This document shows positions 1-9,704 of a stretch of DNA of 64,000 bases, piece after piece. The notes under the pieces are model-generated. The model saw only the letters and a list, made by a program, of their open reading frames with translations, searched no databases and was not told the origin of the DNA. Each line of letters opens with the position of its first letter. Within the stretch, counting starts at the first letter, position 1. Origin of the DNA: Fibrobacterales bacterium (GTDB lineage Bacteria > Fibrobacterota > Fibrobacteria > Fibrobacterales > JAOPTW01); NCBI GenBank assembly GCA_051532035.1, contig JAOPTW010000019.1:1-64000 (forward strand), read 5' to 3'. The translations under genes and the position numbers were made by a program.

Positions 1-255
1 CAAGAGAACACCTTTTTTATGATGGGTGACAATAGACATAATTCGGATGATAGTCGGTTCTGGGGTGTTGTGAGTAACCGCAACATTAAAGCAAAAGCAT
101 TTATCACGTACTTCTCATTTGATGACCCACCAGAGAACTCAGAAGAGTTTAATCGATATGATGATTTCCAGATTATTAACCCATTTACCTGGTTTAAAAT
201 ACCCGCTAAAATTCGCTGGTCACGCATTGGTAAATTAATCCACCCTGTTAAATAG
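1..255 (+). CDS. lepB: Signal peptidase I, C-terminal part (gene begins before the window)
   Basis: Frame open from base 1; FMMGDNRHNSDDSRFWG is the SPase I box E motif; ends IRWSRIGK. Confidence 0.9.
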   Translation, partial: QENTFFMMGDNRHNSDDSRFWGVVSNRNIKAKAFITYFSFDDPPENSEEFNRYDDFQIINPFTWFKIPAKIRWSRIGKLIHPVK

Positions 256-263
256 CGCACTCT

Positions 264-2072
264 ATGAAACAAAAACATGCCTTACTTCTCCTTGTTACTC
301 TAGTATTACTCGTTGCCTGCGCCCATGTTGTTCCTCTTACCGGAGGGGAACCTGACAAGCAGAAACCGTACATCACCGGTATTTATCCCAACAGCCAGAG
401 TACCAAGGTTCCTCGTGAATTACAGGCAGTGTTTCAATTTAGTGAGTGGATTAATGATCGACCGAATGATTTCAAAAAAGCAGTAACCATATCTCCGCCG
501 TTAAATAAGCTCTTAAAGTTTGAGGTCGATGGAGATCGACTTATGATCACCTCAAACGCAACATTGGATTCAAACACTACCTATAACCTTGTTCTCTCAA
601 CTGAAGTACAAGATCTCAACGGCAATCAACTGATCTCCCCCTTTAATCTCACCTTTTCGACTGGTGATACAATCGACACTCTAGAGCTTGCAGGATCGGT
701 ACAATACCCCGTTGGTTCTCGCGGTAAAATGAGTTCCATTAAAATCGGCCTCTACCCTACCGGAGAGCAGCGTTCCTCCTATGGATACCTCTCTGAGTTT
801 GCTGACTCAAATGGTAGTATTGATCCAAATCCTAATTTTTTCGAAGAGAAACCTCTCTATATTACTGGGAGTGACTCTTCTGGGTTATTTCTATTTAAAG
901 GCCTCAAAAAAGGAACCTATGAATTAATCGCCTTTGAAGACCAAAACAACAACGCTAAAGTCAACCTCCCTTCAGAGAAAGTCGCCCTTTCAAGCGGGCC
1001 TCTTATTATTGGAGATTCTTCAAAGCCCTCGCTCACATTGGTCAGTCAAGACACCAACAAACTCAAACTCACTGGTATCGAGATAGAGTACCCTAATCGA
1101 CTCATTGTTAATTTTAACAAGCCCCCTTATAAAGATGAGGCCCTGGTGAACACCAATTATACGATTATGTCTTTAGACTCAAGTAGCACCTACCCAGTAC
1201 AATCTATCTACCTTCAACCAAATTCTAACTATCCGGTACTCACAATAGATTCACTTGCTGCCGATTCTTCATATTTCATAGTATGTACCAACCTACACGA
1301 TTCACTAAAACACCCTCTCGACTCTGCACGTCGCTTTACCCAATTTACTTGGCGGCCAATCATCGATACACTCCCCCCACGAGTGGTTACCACGCAACCT
1401 AAAGCACGAGCTACAGACATCACCCTCGACACTGCTATTACGCTCTTTTACAACAAACCAGTAGCACTTGAAGATTTTACCTATCAACTGGTTGCCGCCG
1501 AAGACACACTTCCTTTTGTTGCTACCCAAAAAGACCCTCTTACTATTACGATCACTCCGAATAAAGAGCTCCCCAACAACACTGAAGCTGTTGTTTCGTA
1601 CCTCACTTCAGACACACTTGTCATTGAAGGCGACTCTACCCAACCTGCAGATACCACCATTACTGAGCGGGCCAATACTGTGCTATCCTTCAACACCTAT
1701 AAGGTTATAAAGCTCTCGCAATTTTCTGGCGTTCTTCCCGGCGACTATTTTACTTCACCTAATAAAGGCACTTCCTCTGCGGTGATCACAATACAAAATC
1801 AGACAACAAAGAATATCTATTCGACCCAATCAACGGATGGTACTTTTGCATACAATGCAATACCAGAAGGTCCCTATTTTTTGGAATACTACATAGACAA
1901 CAATAAGAACTCTCAATGGGATGCCGGCTCAATATATCCATTGGGTTATTCAGAACCGTATCACCGCATTAAAGATACCCTTCACATTGTGCGAAGTGAA
2001 ACCAACAATCTCCAGACACTACTCATCCAACTCCAGGACACTACGAGTACCTTACCTAAGCAGGAACCATGA
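264..2072 (+). CDS. Lipoprotein with Ig-like (Big_5/SbsA-type) domains
   Basis: Lipobox LVAC, TGGEPD after the Cys, two Ig-like segments (PYITGIYP..FSEWI; PPRVVTTQP..YNKPV), FEDQNNN and DNNKNSQWD motifs. Confidence 0.7.
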   Translation: MKQKHALLLLVTLVLLVACAHVVPLTGGEPDKQKPYITGIYPNSQSTKVPRELQAVFQFSEWINDRPNDFKKAVTISPPLNKLLKFEVDGDRLMITSNATLDSNTTYNLVLSTEVQDLNGNQLISPFNLTFSTGDTIDTLELAGSVQYPVGSRGKMSSIKIGLYPTGEQRSSYGYLSEFADSNGSIDPNPNFFEEKPLYITGSDSSGLFLFKGLKKGTYELIAFEDQNNNAKVNLPSEKVALSSGPLIIGDSSKPSLTLVSQDTNKLKLTGIEIEYPNRLIVNFNKPPYKDEALVNTNYTIMSLDSSSTYPVQSIYLQPNSNYPVLTIDSLAADSSYFIVCTNLHDSLKHPLDSARRFTQFTWRPIIDTLPPRVVTTQPKARATDITLDTAITLFYNKPVALEDFTYQLVAAEDTLPFVATQKDPLTITITPNKELPNNTEAVVSYLTSDTLVIEGDSTQPADTTITERANTVLSFNTYKVIKLSQFSGVLPGDYFTSPNKGTSSAVITIQNQTTKNIYSTQSTDGTFAYNAIPEGPYFLEYYIDNNKNSQWDAGSIYPLGYSEPYHRIKDTLHIVRSETNNLQTLLIQLQDTTSTLPKQEP

Positions 2073-4747
2073 TTACCACTCTCTCAGAATTTATTGCGAT
2101 AGACCTCGAAGCAACAGGGCTCGACTACAAAAACGACACAATTATTGAAATTGCCCTCGCACACTTTGTTGATGGTGAAGTTGTAAACTCGTACAACAAA
2201 TGCATTAACCCGGGTTGCCTTATCTCAACCTTCATTTCGAACCTTACGGGCATCACTCAAGCCGACCTTGACGATGCACCCACTTTTGCCGCTGAAGCAC
2301 AAGAGATTCGAAAGTTCATTGGTGATTTGCCTGTTGTAGCACACAATTCATACTACGACACAACCATGCTTAATACGTGTCTCGAAAAAGTGTCGGTGCA
2401 CCTCGTTGAAACAAACCCGGTTTTTGATTCTCTACTTGCAGCGCGTATTGCATGGCCTCACTTAGTGAACCACAGACTCGGCACCGTTATACAAGAACTC
2501 GACATAGACGTCCCTGCTTCACACAGAGCACTCCCTGATGCAATCGCTTCAGGTAAAGTTTTTATCAAAGCTCAAGAAGTTTTTGCAACATACTCCGATG
2601 GAGTCTTGCACCAAATGAGCCAAATATGCAGTAGCATACAACTCCCAGCGAACAAATCATGGAGTCAACTATTTACTTCTCCTTCTGAATCCCAAGTATC
2701 TTCTATCGCAGTTGGTGATTCAGCAATCCACGCCCCCCTTACCCCCGAAATCTGTGAAAAACTCAAGAACTCTCCACTTATTTCTGCAGCGACTCAAAGC
2801 CTCAGCGATAAAGTAGGTATTTCCCTTAAAGGAACCGAAGTTCTTATTGCACAAAATGACCCCACCTTTCCAAAGTGTCACTCATATCTTGTTCCAATTT
2901 TTGAACGTATTGCGACCTCGGAAGATCGTATTGTTATTTCAACGAGCAAATCAAGTCGTAGTGAACTGATTGAGCTTATTAAAAAATTCGAAGACGAAAT
3001 TAAACAACCACTCCCTTACACTATTTTACAATCCCGAGATCAGTACCTCTGTTTACAGAAATTTGCCAACTGCCTTAAAGACCCTGATGTACTTCTTTCT
3101 GAAAACGAGAAACTCACCTTTCTCACTCTTATTCCTTGGGCTCATACCACTGTTACTGGCGATATTACTCGCCACAAAGGGTTTAACCTAAGTCGCAACA
3201 GACAGCTCTGGTACAAACTTTCAGGGGCAGGGAGCAGCTGTAGTGGCTCTGATTGCATCTCTACTTACAACTGCTTTGCTCATCGAGCACGCAAGCAAGC
3301 TGAGAGTGCACAACTGATTATCGTTGACCATCACGGCTTTTTTACTGATATGCAACTCGATTTTAGTTTTATCCCCCCGTATGACGCCATCCTCTTTGAT
3401 GATTCCGGTGATCTCCAATCTGTGGGTTATTCGTACCTCAATAAATCCATCTGGTACTTTAAACTCAAGAACATAATCCAAACTTTTTCGAGTCACTACG
3501 AACCCGATGTCGGCCTTTATGGTCTCTTAAAAAAGCATAGTTCTTTAGAGCTTCTCCCTGAAATAGAGGAACTCCGTGAATTAGTTAAAGGCTGCGAAAA
3601 AAGTCTCCATAGACTTTTCATGAAACTCGGTAAAAATATTCACAAGAAAAACAGTGAAAAGCGTTCCAAAATATCTTTTACTCAGTCAATAGGACTCGAA
3701 TTTAATGCGAGCCCCGACAAGTTGAATAAAGCATTTGACACCTGCCTCACTGCACTCGAATCTATTCCTGCACGACTCTCCGAAAATGACCACCTCTTTT
3801 TGATTAAAGAAATCAACGAATTCAAAACCTCACTCTCTGACTTTTATCGTGATATTCAATTTGTCTTTACTTCAGAGAATGAGAATTTCTGTTTTTGGAC
3901 CGAAGAGTTTAATAACCCTCACAAAATACGCATGAATGCAACGGCTATCGACCCAGAACTCCTCATACCACCAAAATTTTATCAGATGGTACGGTCTGCA
4001 ATCTTTATATCAAATGAGCAGACCGTCATGGGTAAAACGAGTTATATCCGCACACTCTTCTCAATTGAAAATTCTAAAAAACACATTCGTCAATTTGTAC
4101 TCAATCGTGAAAAATCTCTTGGTGAAGTTCTTCCCATCATTATTGCAACCGATACCCATAAAATGCCTTCACCACAAAAAATGTCGACGATCATCAGTAC
4201 ACTCCAAAAGGTAATGCACAGCTCAACCGGTAAGATTGTTGTGATCTTTCAAAATCCTTATTTTTTACGTCAGGCTTATAAGATTCTCTCTAACGAAGCG
4301 AAACAAGGAAGCTGTAAGCTCTATGCACAAGATATCGACAGTGGCCTCGACAACCTCATACCACTTTTTATCAGTGCACCTCATACAATGCTATTGACCA
4401 CATCAATTTATCCCAATCTTGAAAAGGTTTCTGCAGAAGAGTCTCTTACGGTGATATACACCCAACTCCCCTTTCCTGACAACCAACACCCGGCATTAAA
4501 AGCAACAAGTGAACTGCTCGAAGCGCGTTCCATAAACCCTTTTACAGAGTCGTTGGTCCCACAAACTGCTCTTGCACTCGAGAAGAGCCTTAATAACCTC
4601 GCACAATTGCCCACCCCTCCAAAGGTGGCATTTCTCGACAGCCGCGCCGGTGCTGAAAAATACTCTACGGTCTTTACCAATATCTGGAACAAGAAACACA
4701 CCCTCTATTCTGATAGCGAAGCGCTTCTTACCGCAATAGAGGAATAA
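2069..4747 (+). CDS. DEDDh 3'-5' exonuclease fused to a DinG-like domain with degenerate helicase motifs
   Basis: IDLEATG, AHN..YD and HRALPDA exonuclease motifs; YLC..C..C..C FeS-type cysteines, QLPFP and LDSR are DinG-like; no intact Walker A or DEAH. Confidence 0.8.
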   Translation: MITTLSEFIAIDLEATGLDYKNDTIIEIALAHFVDGEVVNSYNKCINPGCLISTFISNLTGITQADLDDAPTFAAEAQEIRKFIGDLPVVAHNSYYDTTMLNTCLEKVSVHLVETNPVFDSLLAARIAWPHLVNHRLGTVIQELDIDVPASHRALPDAIASGKVFIKAQEVFATYSDGVLHQMSQICSSIQLPANKSWSQLFTSPSESQVSSIAVGDSAIHAPLTPEICEKLKNSPLISAATQSLSDKVGISLKGTEVLIAQNDPTFPKCHSYLVPIFERIATSEDRIVISTSKSSRSELIELIKKFEDEIKQPLPYTILQSRDQYLCLQKFANCLKDPDVLLSENEKLTFLTLIPWAHTTVTGDITRHKGFNLSRNRQLWYKLSGAGSSCSGSDCISTYNCFAHRARKQAESAQLIIVDHHGFFTDMQLDFSFIPPYDAILFDDSGDLQSVGYSYLNKSIWYFKLKNIIQTFSSHYEPDVGLYGLLKKHSSLELLPEIEELRELVKGCEKSLHRLFMKLGKNIHKKNSEKRSKISFTQSIGLEFNASPDKLNKAFDTCLTALESIPARLSENDHLFLIKEINEFKTSLSDFYRDIQFVFTSENENFCFWTEEFNNPHKIRMNATAIDPELLIPPKFYQMVRSAIFISNEQTVMGKTSYIRTLFSIENSKKHIRQFVLNREKSLGEVLPIIIATDTHKMPSPQKMSTIISTLQKVMHSSTGKIVVIFQNPYFLRQAYKILSNEAKQGSCKLYAQDIDSGLDNLIPLFISAPHTMLLTTSIYPNLEKVSAEESLTVIYTQLPFPDNQHPALKATSELLEARSINPFTESLVPQTALALEKSLNNLAQLPTPPKVAFLDSRAGAEKYSTVFTNIWNKKHTLYSDSEALLTAIEE

Positions 4748-4761
4748 TAGGAGACGGCACC

Positions 4762-5286
4762 ATGAAAATTACTCCACTCCATTCTCTTACCACACGAGCA
4801 GTATATGGGTCATTCCTTCTGCTCTTGGTGGTTACCCTTCTGGGAGGGTGTTACTCGTTTTCTAATTCAACCCTCCCCAGTAGTATTAAAACCATAACAA
4901 TTTTCCCAACTGAAAACCAGACCATGCAAGCGGTGTTGGGCGACAAACTCACTGAGCGTGTTAAACAAATGTTTACCTCTAATGCTCGAGAAGTAAGACA
5001 GGTAAGTAGCTCTCCCCATAGCGAATTTTATATTACCCTCAAAAAATATGAGAATGAGCCACTCAACTTTTCTGCTGATGCAACTATCGAGAGTTATCAA
5101 GTACGCATTATTGTAGATGTACTTTTTAAAGATTTAACCAGTGATGAAATTCTCTACGAAGGGAGTGATATCGAGGGAATTGGCATCTATAAGACAGCAG
5201 ATGAAGATGAAATATCTCATGGCCAGCAACGAGCCTTAGAAGACATTGAGCAAATTATTATAAATAACTCACTCTCTGCCTGGTAA
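4762..5286 (+). CDS. lptE: LptE-like LPS assembly lipoprotein
   Basis: Lipobox LGGC-YSF, LPSSIKTITI..ENQT, ends in W, as in FCB-group LptE. Confidence 0.65.
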   Translation: MKITPLHSLTTRAVYGSFLLLLVVTLLGGCYSFSNSTLPSSIKTITIFPTENQTMQAVLGDKLTERVKQMFTSNAREVRQVSSSPHSEFYITLKKYENEPLNFSADATIESYQVRIIVDVLFKDLTSDEILYEGSDIEGIGIYKTADEDEISHGQQRALEDIEQIIINNSLSAW

Positions 5287-5310
5287 TCAACACACTACCA
5301 AGGAGCCCTC

Positions 5311-6144
5311 ATGGCACTTCACTTTACAAAAATGCATGGCTGTGGAAATGATTATGTCTACATCAACTGTTTTACCGAACAGGTGAATAACCCTGTAGCT
5401 CTTGCACAACAGGTTTCAAATCGCAATTTTGGTATTGGGTCTGATGGACTTATTCTCATTAAACCTATTGAAGGTGCTGATGCAGAGATGGTGATGTATA
5501 ATGTTGATGGTTCTATTTCAGAAATGTGCGGCAACGGCCTCCGTTGTGTTGCAAAGTATGTCTATGACCATGGCATTGCCCCCAAAGAACAACTCACGCT
5601 TATGACTGGTGACGGGTTAAAAAAGGCAACGATATCTAACATTAAAGAAGGTACCGCTTCTCAGATTACTATTGACATGGGGGCGCCCACTCTTAATGGT
5701 CCCGATATACCAACCACTTGGAATACTCCTACCGTTATTGAACAATTACTCAAAGCAGGCGACCGAGAGTTTAGCGTTACCTGTGTAAGTATGGGTAACC
5801 CCCACTGTGTTATTTATGTCGACGATGTTGCACACTTCCCCATTGAAACTTATGGCCCTCTTATCGAACAGAGCTCTTATTTCCCTAAAAGAGTCAATGT
5901 GGAGTTTGTTGAAATTATATCACCGACAGAAGTGATTCAGCGCACTTGGGAGCGGGGGTGTGGTGAAACACTCGCATGTGGAACCGGCGCATCAGCAGTC
6001 TGCGTTGCCGGCCAATTAACGGGCAAGACCCAAGAAGAGCTCCTTATTCATCTGAGCGGAGGGGACTTACAGTTATCATATAGTAAAGGGAAGTCAGTCA
6101 TTATGACCGGACCTGCCGTTGAGATTTTTTCAGGGGTACTCTAA
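5311..6144 (+). CDS. dapF: Diaminopimelate epimerase
   Basis: FTKMHGCGNDY, EMCGNG, SMGNPH, WERGCGETLACGTG. Confidence 0.97.
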   Translation: MALHFTKMHGCGNDYVYINCFTEQVNNPVALAQQVSNRNFGIGSDGLILIKPIEGADAEMVMYNVDGSISEMCGNGLRCVAKYVYDHGIAPKEQLTLMTGDGLKKATISNIKEGTASQITIDMGAPTLNGPDIPTTWNTPTVIEQLLKAGDREFSVTCVSMGNPHCVIYVDDVAHFPIETYGPLIEQSSYFPKRVNVEFVEIISPTEVIQRTWERGCGETLACGTGASAVCVAGQLTGKTQEELLIHLSGGDLQLSYSKGKSVIMTGPAVEIFSGVL

Positions 6145-6246
6145 TTCTCTGAGATACCTCAACCCCAAAATACCCTTCCCCTACCATAAAATGCCACATT
6201 ATAGTATCAGTTTAATGTGTACCTTATCTTTTTATACCTCAAAATT

Positions 6247-6260
6247 TTGATCTCGATCAA
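6247..6260. promoter_or_regulatory. FNR/Crp-family box upstream of feoA
   Basis: Perfect TTGAT-CTCG-ATCAA; candidate -10 TATATT at 6283-6288 puts the centre near -41.5. Confidence 0.7.
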
Positions 6261-6308
6261 TAAAAGTGCTACTTTTGAGTATTATATTGTAGAAATGCAA
6301 AATATAAC

Positions 6309-6353
6309 TTGAGACAGTATCTCAATATACCTATATTGAGACTAAATCTCAAT
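6309..6353. promoter_or_regulatory. Two tandem Fur-like boxes
   Basis: TTGAGA-CAGTA-TCTCAA (6309-6325) and TTGAGA-CTAAA-TCTCAA (6336-6352), 7-1-7 symmetry, just before feoA. Confidence 0.7.
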
Positions 6354-6367
6354 CGCAAGGTGCTATT

Positions 6368-6595
6368 ATGAACTTAAATGATCTCGAAGTCGGTAAAAAG
6401 GCAACTATTACCGAGATCACCGCCAAAGATGAGCTCCGTCATCGTCTTTACTCATTTGGCATTCGCCCAGGAAATGACGTAGAGATGAAAAATGTAAGCT
6501 TTAATCATGCAAATCTTCAAATAATGGTACAATCATCTCTCACCAATCTACGAGCAGAAGAGGCCCTCATGGTCACTATCAAGGAGCTCCCATGA
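6368..6595 (+). CDS. feoA: Ferrous iron transport protein A
   Basis: LNDLEVGKKATI..RLYSFGIRPG..LRAEEA; overlaps the feoB start. Confidence 0.92.
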   Translation: MNLNDLEVGKKATITEITAKDELRHRLYSFGIRPGNDVEMKNVSFNHANLQIMVQSSLTNLRAEEALMVTIKELP

Positions 6596-8832
6596 AACAG
6601 ATTCGCATAGCACTTGTTGGACAACCCAATGTAGGAAAGACGCTTCTTATCAACTCTATTAGTGGTTCAAGACTCAAAGTAGGGAATTTTGCAGGGGTCA
6701 CCGTCGAGAAAAAAGAGGTTTCCTTTCAATATGATGGTTATGACGTTATTATTACCGACCTCCCTGGGACTTACTCTCTTAATGATTACACATTAGAAGA
6801 GCGCGTAACTAAAAGTTATCTACTCAACGACTCATATGATATGATTCTTAACGTACTCGACTCAACCAATCTCGAGCGCAACCTTTATCTTACTACAGAA
6901 TTATTAGAGCTTGACGCTAAAATGGTCTGTGCCCTCAATATGAGTGATGAAGCTCAAAAAGAGAATATTGCAATTGATGACCACCAATTGAGTACTATTC
7001 TTGGTATACCATGTCACAAAGTTTCTGCTGCGACCAAACAGGGAATTGATGTATTAGTAAAACAGCTGGTTACAACATTTGTAGCTGAAAAGAAACCAAT
7101 GAAAGTGACCTATAGCGAAGCTATTGAGGATCAACTTGAAACCATTCAACAATTCTTTTCTGAAAAAGGATCGCAGCTATTCCCCGATAGACTTAAGGTT
7201 TCATCAAGACGGGCTGCAATATTACTCATTCAAGAGGATCCAGCATTTTATAAAGTGATTCATGAAGATCCACTCTGGCTTGAACTCTCAGATATTCTCA
7301 AAAAATCTCTTAAAACTATTTATGAATTTCATAACACCAAAGATCTCCTTGAAATTTTTCATGAAGAGCGGCACGCTTTTGCGAGAGGAGCGTCAGTCGA
7401 AACGGTCACTGTAGGAAATAATGTAGGAAAAACCGTTACTGAAAGAATCGATGCTCTCTTAATTCATAAAGTTTTTGGGTTACCCATTTTTCTTGGCCTC
7501 ATGTGGCTCCTTTTTCAAGTGACCTTTGAAATTGGATCCATTCCAATGGACTGGATCGATGGTTTTTTTGGCTGGTTTGGTGAAACCATTGGGCCAATAA
7601 TTCCTCATGATGAAATTCGATCACTTGTAGTCGATGGTATTATTGCCGGTGTTGGTGCAGTTATACTCTTTTTACCCAACATTGTGATTCTCTTTATCGG
7701 TATTGCCCTTCTTGAGAATACCGGCTACATGTCACGAGTCGCCTTCCTCCTTGATGGACTCTTTCATAAGTTTGGACTCCATGGAAAAAGCTTTATCCCC
7801 CTTATTTCGGGTTTTGGCTGTTCGGTGCCCGCCTATATGTCGGCACGTATATTAAAGAACGAACGCGACCGAATCATAACCATGTTTATCATTGGCTTTA
7901 TGAGTTGTGGCGCAAAACTTCCGGTTTACGTGATTTTTTGTAGCGCCTTTTTTGGTGAGCAAGCAGGTAATGTACTCTTTGGCATCTATATACTCGGTGC
8001 TGTTATTGGACTCTTTGCTGCTAAATTTTTAAAGGTCTTTATTTTCAAAGGAAACGATGAACCCTTTGTAATGGAGATGCCCAAATATCGTTTTCCATCT
8101 CTGCGCCTCATGTGGAATATGGTTTTTAACAAAGCGTATTACTATGTTAAAAAAGCGGGAACCTTTATTCTTGCAGCATCTATGATCATTTGGTTTGCGA
8201 GCACCTATCCTAAACACCCTGAATTGGCTATAGCTGCTGAGAAAGAGGTCACAGCTATTACCACCGATTACGCAATGCAGATTGAACGCACATCTGACTT
8301 AATTCAACAAAGAATAGTCGAAGATACCCTCTTTACTGTTGAGTTGGCCAAAAAAGAAATAGAAACTGCAACTACTGAGTTAGAAGATGTTCGTGATGAC
8401 CTCATTACTCAAAATGGTCACTTACTCCAAAAAGCAAAGCTTGAAAAGAGTGCTCTTGGTATTATTGGTAAATCAACAGATTGGTTTTTTGCTCCCCTTG
8501 GGTTTGACTGGAGACAGGCTGTCGCACTCGAAATGGGGCTTCTTGCAAAAGAGGTCGCTATGTCTACCCTTGGAATACTCTACTCCCTCGGTGATGAAGT
8601 TGACGAAGAAAGCACCTCTCTCATGACCATGCTGCACAAAGAGATCTCTCTTCCTTCAGCAGTGGCGTTTATCTTATTTGCTATGCTATACCTCCCGTGC
8701 CTTGCAGCGGTGGCAGTTTTTAAGAAAGAAGCAGGCGGATTTCGATATGTTGTATACCTCTTTGTCTTTACTACAGCAGTTGCATGGCTCGCCGCATTTA
8801 TTGGCTATCACATAACAAATATTATTACTTAA
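6592..8832 (+). CDS. feoB: Ferrous iron transport protein B
   Basis: GQPNVGKT, GNFAGVTVE, DLPGTYSL, NMSD, GFGCSVPA, MSCGAKLP, LYLPC. Confidence 0.97.
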   Translation: MKQIRIALVGQPNVGKTLLINSISGSRLKVGNFAGVTVEKKEVSFQYDGYDVIITDLPGTYSLNDYTLEERVTKSYLLNDSYDMILNVLDSTNLERNLYLTTELLELDAKMVCALNMSDEAQKENIAIDDHQLSTILGIPCHKVSAATKQGIDVLVKQLVTTFVAEKKPMKVTYSEAIEDQLETIQQFFSEKGSQLFPDRLKVSSRRAAILLIQEDPAFYKVIHEDPLWLELSDILKKSLKTIYEFHNTKDLLEIFHEERHAFARGASVETVTVGNNVGKTVTERIDALLIHKVFGLPIFLGLMWLLFQVTFEIGSIPMDWIDGFFGWFGETIGPIIPHDEIRSLVVDGIIAGVGAVILFLPNIVILFIGIALLENTGYMSRVAFLLDGLFHKFGLHGKSFIPLISGFGCSVPAYMSARILKNERDRIITMFIIGFMSCGAKLPVYVIFCSAFFGEQAGNVLFGIYILGAVIGLFAAKFLKVFIFKGNDEPFVMEMPKYRFPSLRLMWNMVFNKAYYYVKKAGTFILAASMIIWFASTYPKHPELAIAAEKEVTAITTDYAMQIERTSDLIQQRIVEDTLFTVELAKKEIETATTELEDVRDDLITQNGHLLQKAKLEKSALGIIGKSTDWFFAPLGFDWRQAVALEMGLLAKEVAMSTLGILYSLGDEVDEESTSLMTMLHKEISLPSAVAFILFAMLYLPCLAAVAVFKKEAGGFRYVVYLFVFTTAVAWLAAFIGYHITNIIT

Positions 8833-8844
8833 ATAATTAACGAA

Positions 8845-8873
8845 TAAAAGGGCTTCTATCCAGAGCCCTTTTA
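8845..8873 (+). terminator. Intrinsic terminator after feoB
   Basis: TAAAAGGGCT-N9-AGCCCTTTTA hairpin with T tract. Confidence 0.75.
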
Positions 8874-8885
8874 TTATCACAATCT

Positions 8886-8904
8886 ATTGAGACTAAGACT
8901 CAAT
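8886..8904. promoter_or_regulatory. Third Fur-like box
   Basis: ATTGAGA-CTAAG-ACTCAAT, near-identical to the box at 6335-6353. Confidence 0.65.
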
Positions 8905-8917
8905 ATAAGGAGACGAT

Positions 8918-9028
8918 ATGAGGAGAATACGAAATATAAGTATAGAGAAATTTTTACACACGCTCTATGAATATCAACAGCGTCCATGCGCTGTTAAAAA
9001 AGTCAAAAACTCTAGCAGGAAACAGTAA
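8918..9028 (+). CDS. Small 36-aa basic protein (not in ORF track)
   Basis: AAGGAG RBS, ATG at 8918, MRRIRNISIEKFLHTLYEYQQRPCAVKKVKNSSRKQ; its TAA abuts the ATG at 9029. Confidence 0.5.
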   Translation: MRRIRNISIEKFLHTLYEYQQRPCAVKKVKNSSRKQ

Positions 9029-9685
9029 ATGATGCTAAACAAATGTCTCATTACTATAGTACTCCTTGCAATACACCTCTCTTTTGCAAATGAAAGCTTC
9101 AGAGTGTCTGTAGAGATGATAAGAGACTATACCATTACAACTGATGAATACCCTATTGAAAATACACTACTCATTGAAAAAGATTTCAGCGATTTTACTA
9201 TAGGTGCTGAAGCTATCTTCATTGGCTCAGCATCAACTACTGCAGAAAATAACGATGAGTTTAACTTTACTATCGGATATGGTGTAAATGACTTTCTTTC
9301 TACCGCCTTTATACAGCGAGTTCTTCTTACTAATGATAAATCACTTGAAGCCAATGGTGCAGGAGGTGCTCTTATTTCTCTCACCTACAAATCATTGGCA
9401 ACCATTACCGATGACAATGAATGTATCATTGACTATTCATACGGGCATTGGCAATACATTAATACCTTTCTTATTGAGAAAAGCCTTTCAGATGTTGGTA
9501 TCCTTTCAACAAGTCTGGGAATAGAAAATGAATTGACCTTTACCCATGAGAGTCCTGCTGTCAATGCCACTCATGTGTTTACCACAATTGGCTATAAAAC
9601 ATTTAGTATATCACTTGGATATATCCTAGAAACACTCCCTGAAACAATGCATACAATTGAGTTTGGCATCACATTAAAACTGTAA
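9029..9685 (+). CDS. Hypothetical exported protein, probable small outer-membrane beta-barrel
   Basis: Signal peptide (..LSFA), amphipathic strands, ends EFGITLKL. Confidence 0.55.
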   Translation: MMLNKCLITIVLLAIHLSFANESFRVSVEMIRDYTITTDEYPIENTLLIEKDFSDFTIGAEAIFIGSASTTAENNDEFNFTIGYGVNDFLSTAFIQRVLLTNDKSLEANGAGGALISLTYKSLATITDDNECIIDYSYGHWQYINTFLIEKSLSDVGILSTSLGIENELTFTHESPAVNATHVFTTIGYKTFSISLGYILETLPETMHTIEFGITLKL

Positions 9686-9704
9686 CTCTTAGGAGAAATC
9701 AATT

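Noticed and set aside
2069..4747. Pseudogene call for the DinG-like gene (and likewise the GH57-like gene)
   Set aside because: Both frames are full-length, uninterrupted and overlap neighbouring genes; loss is concentrated in catalytic motifs
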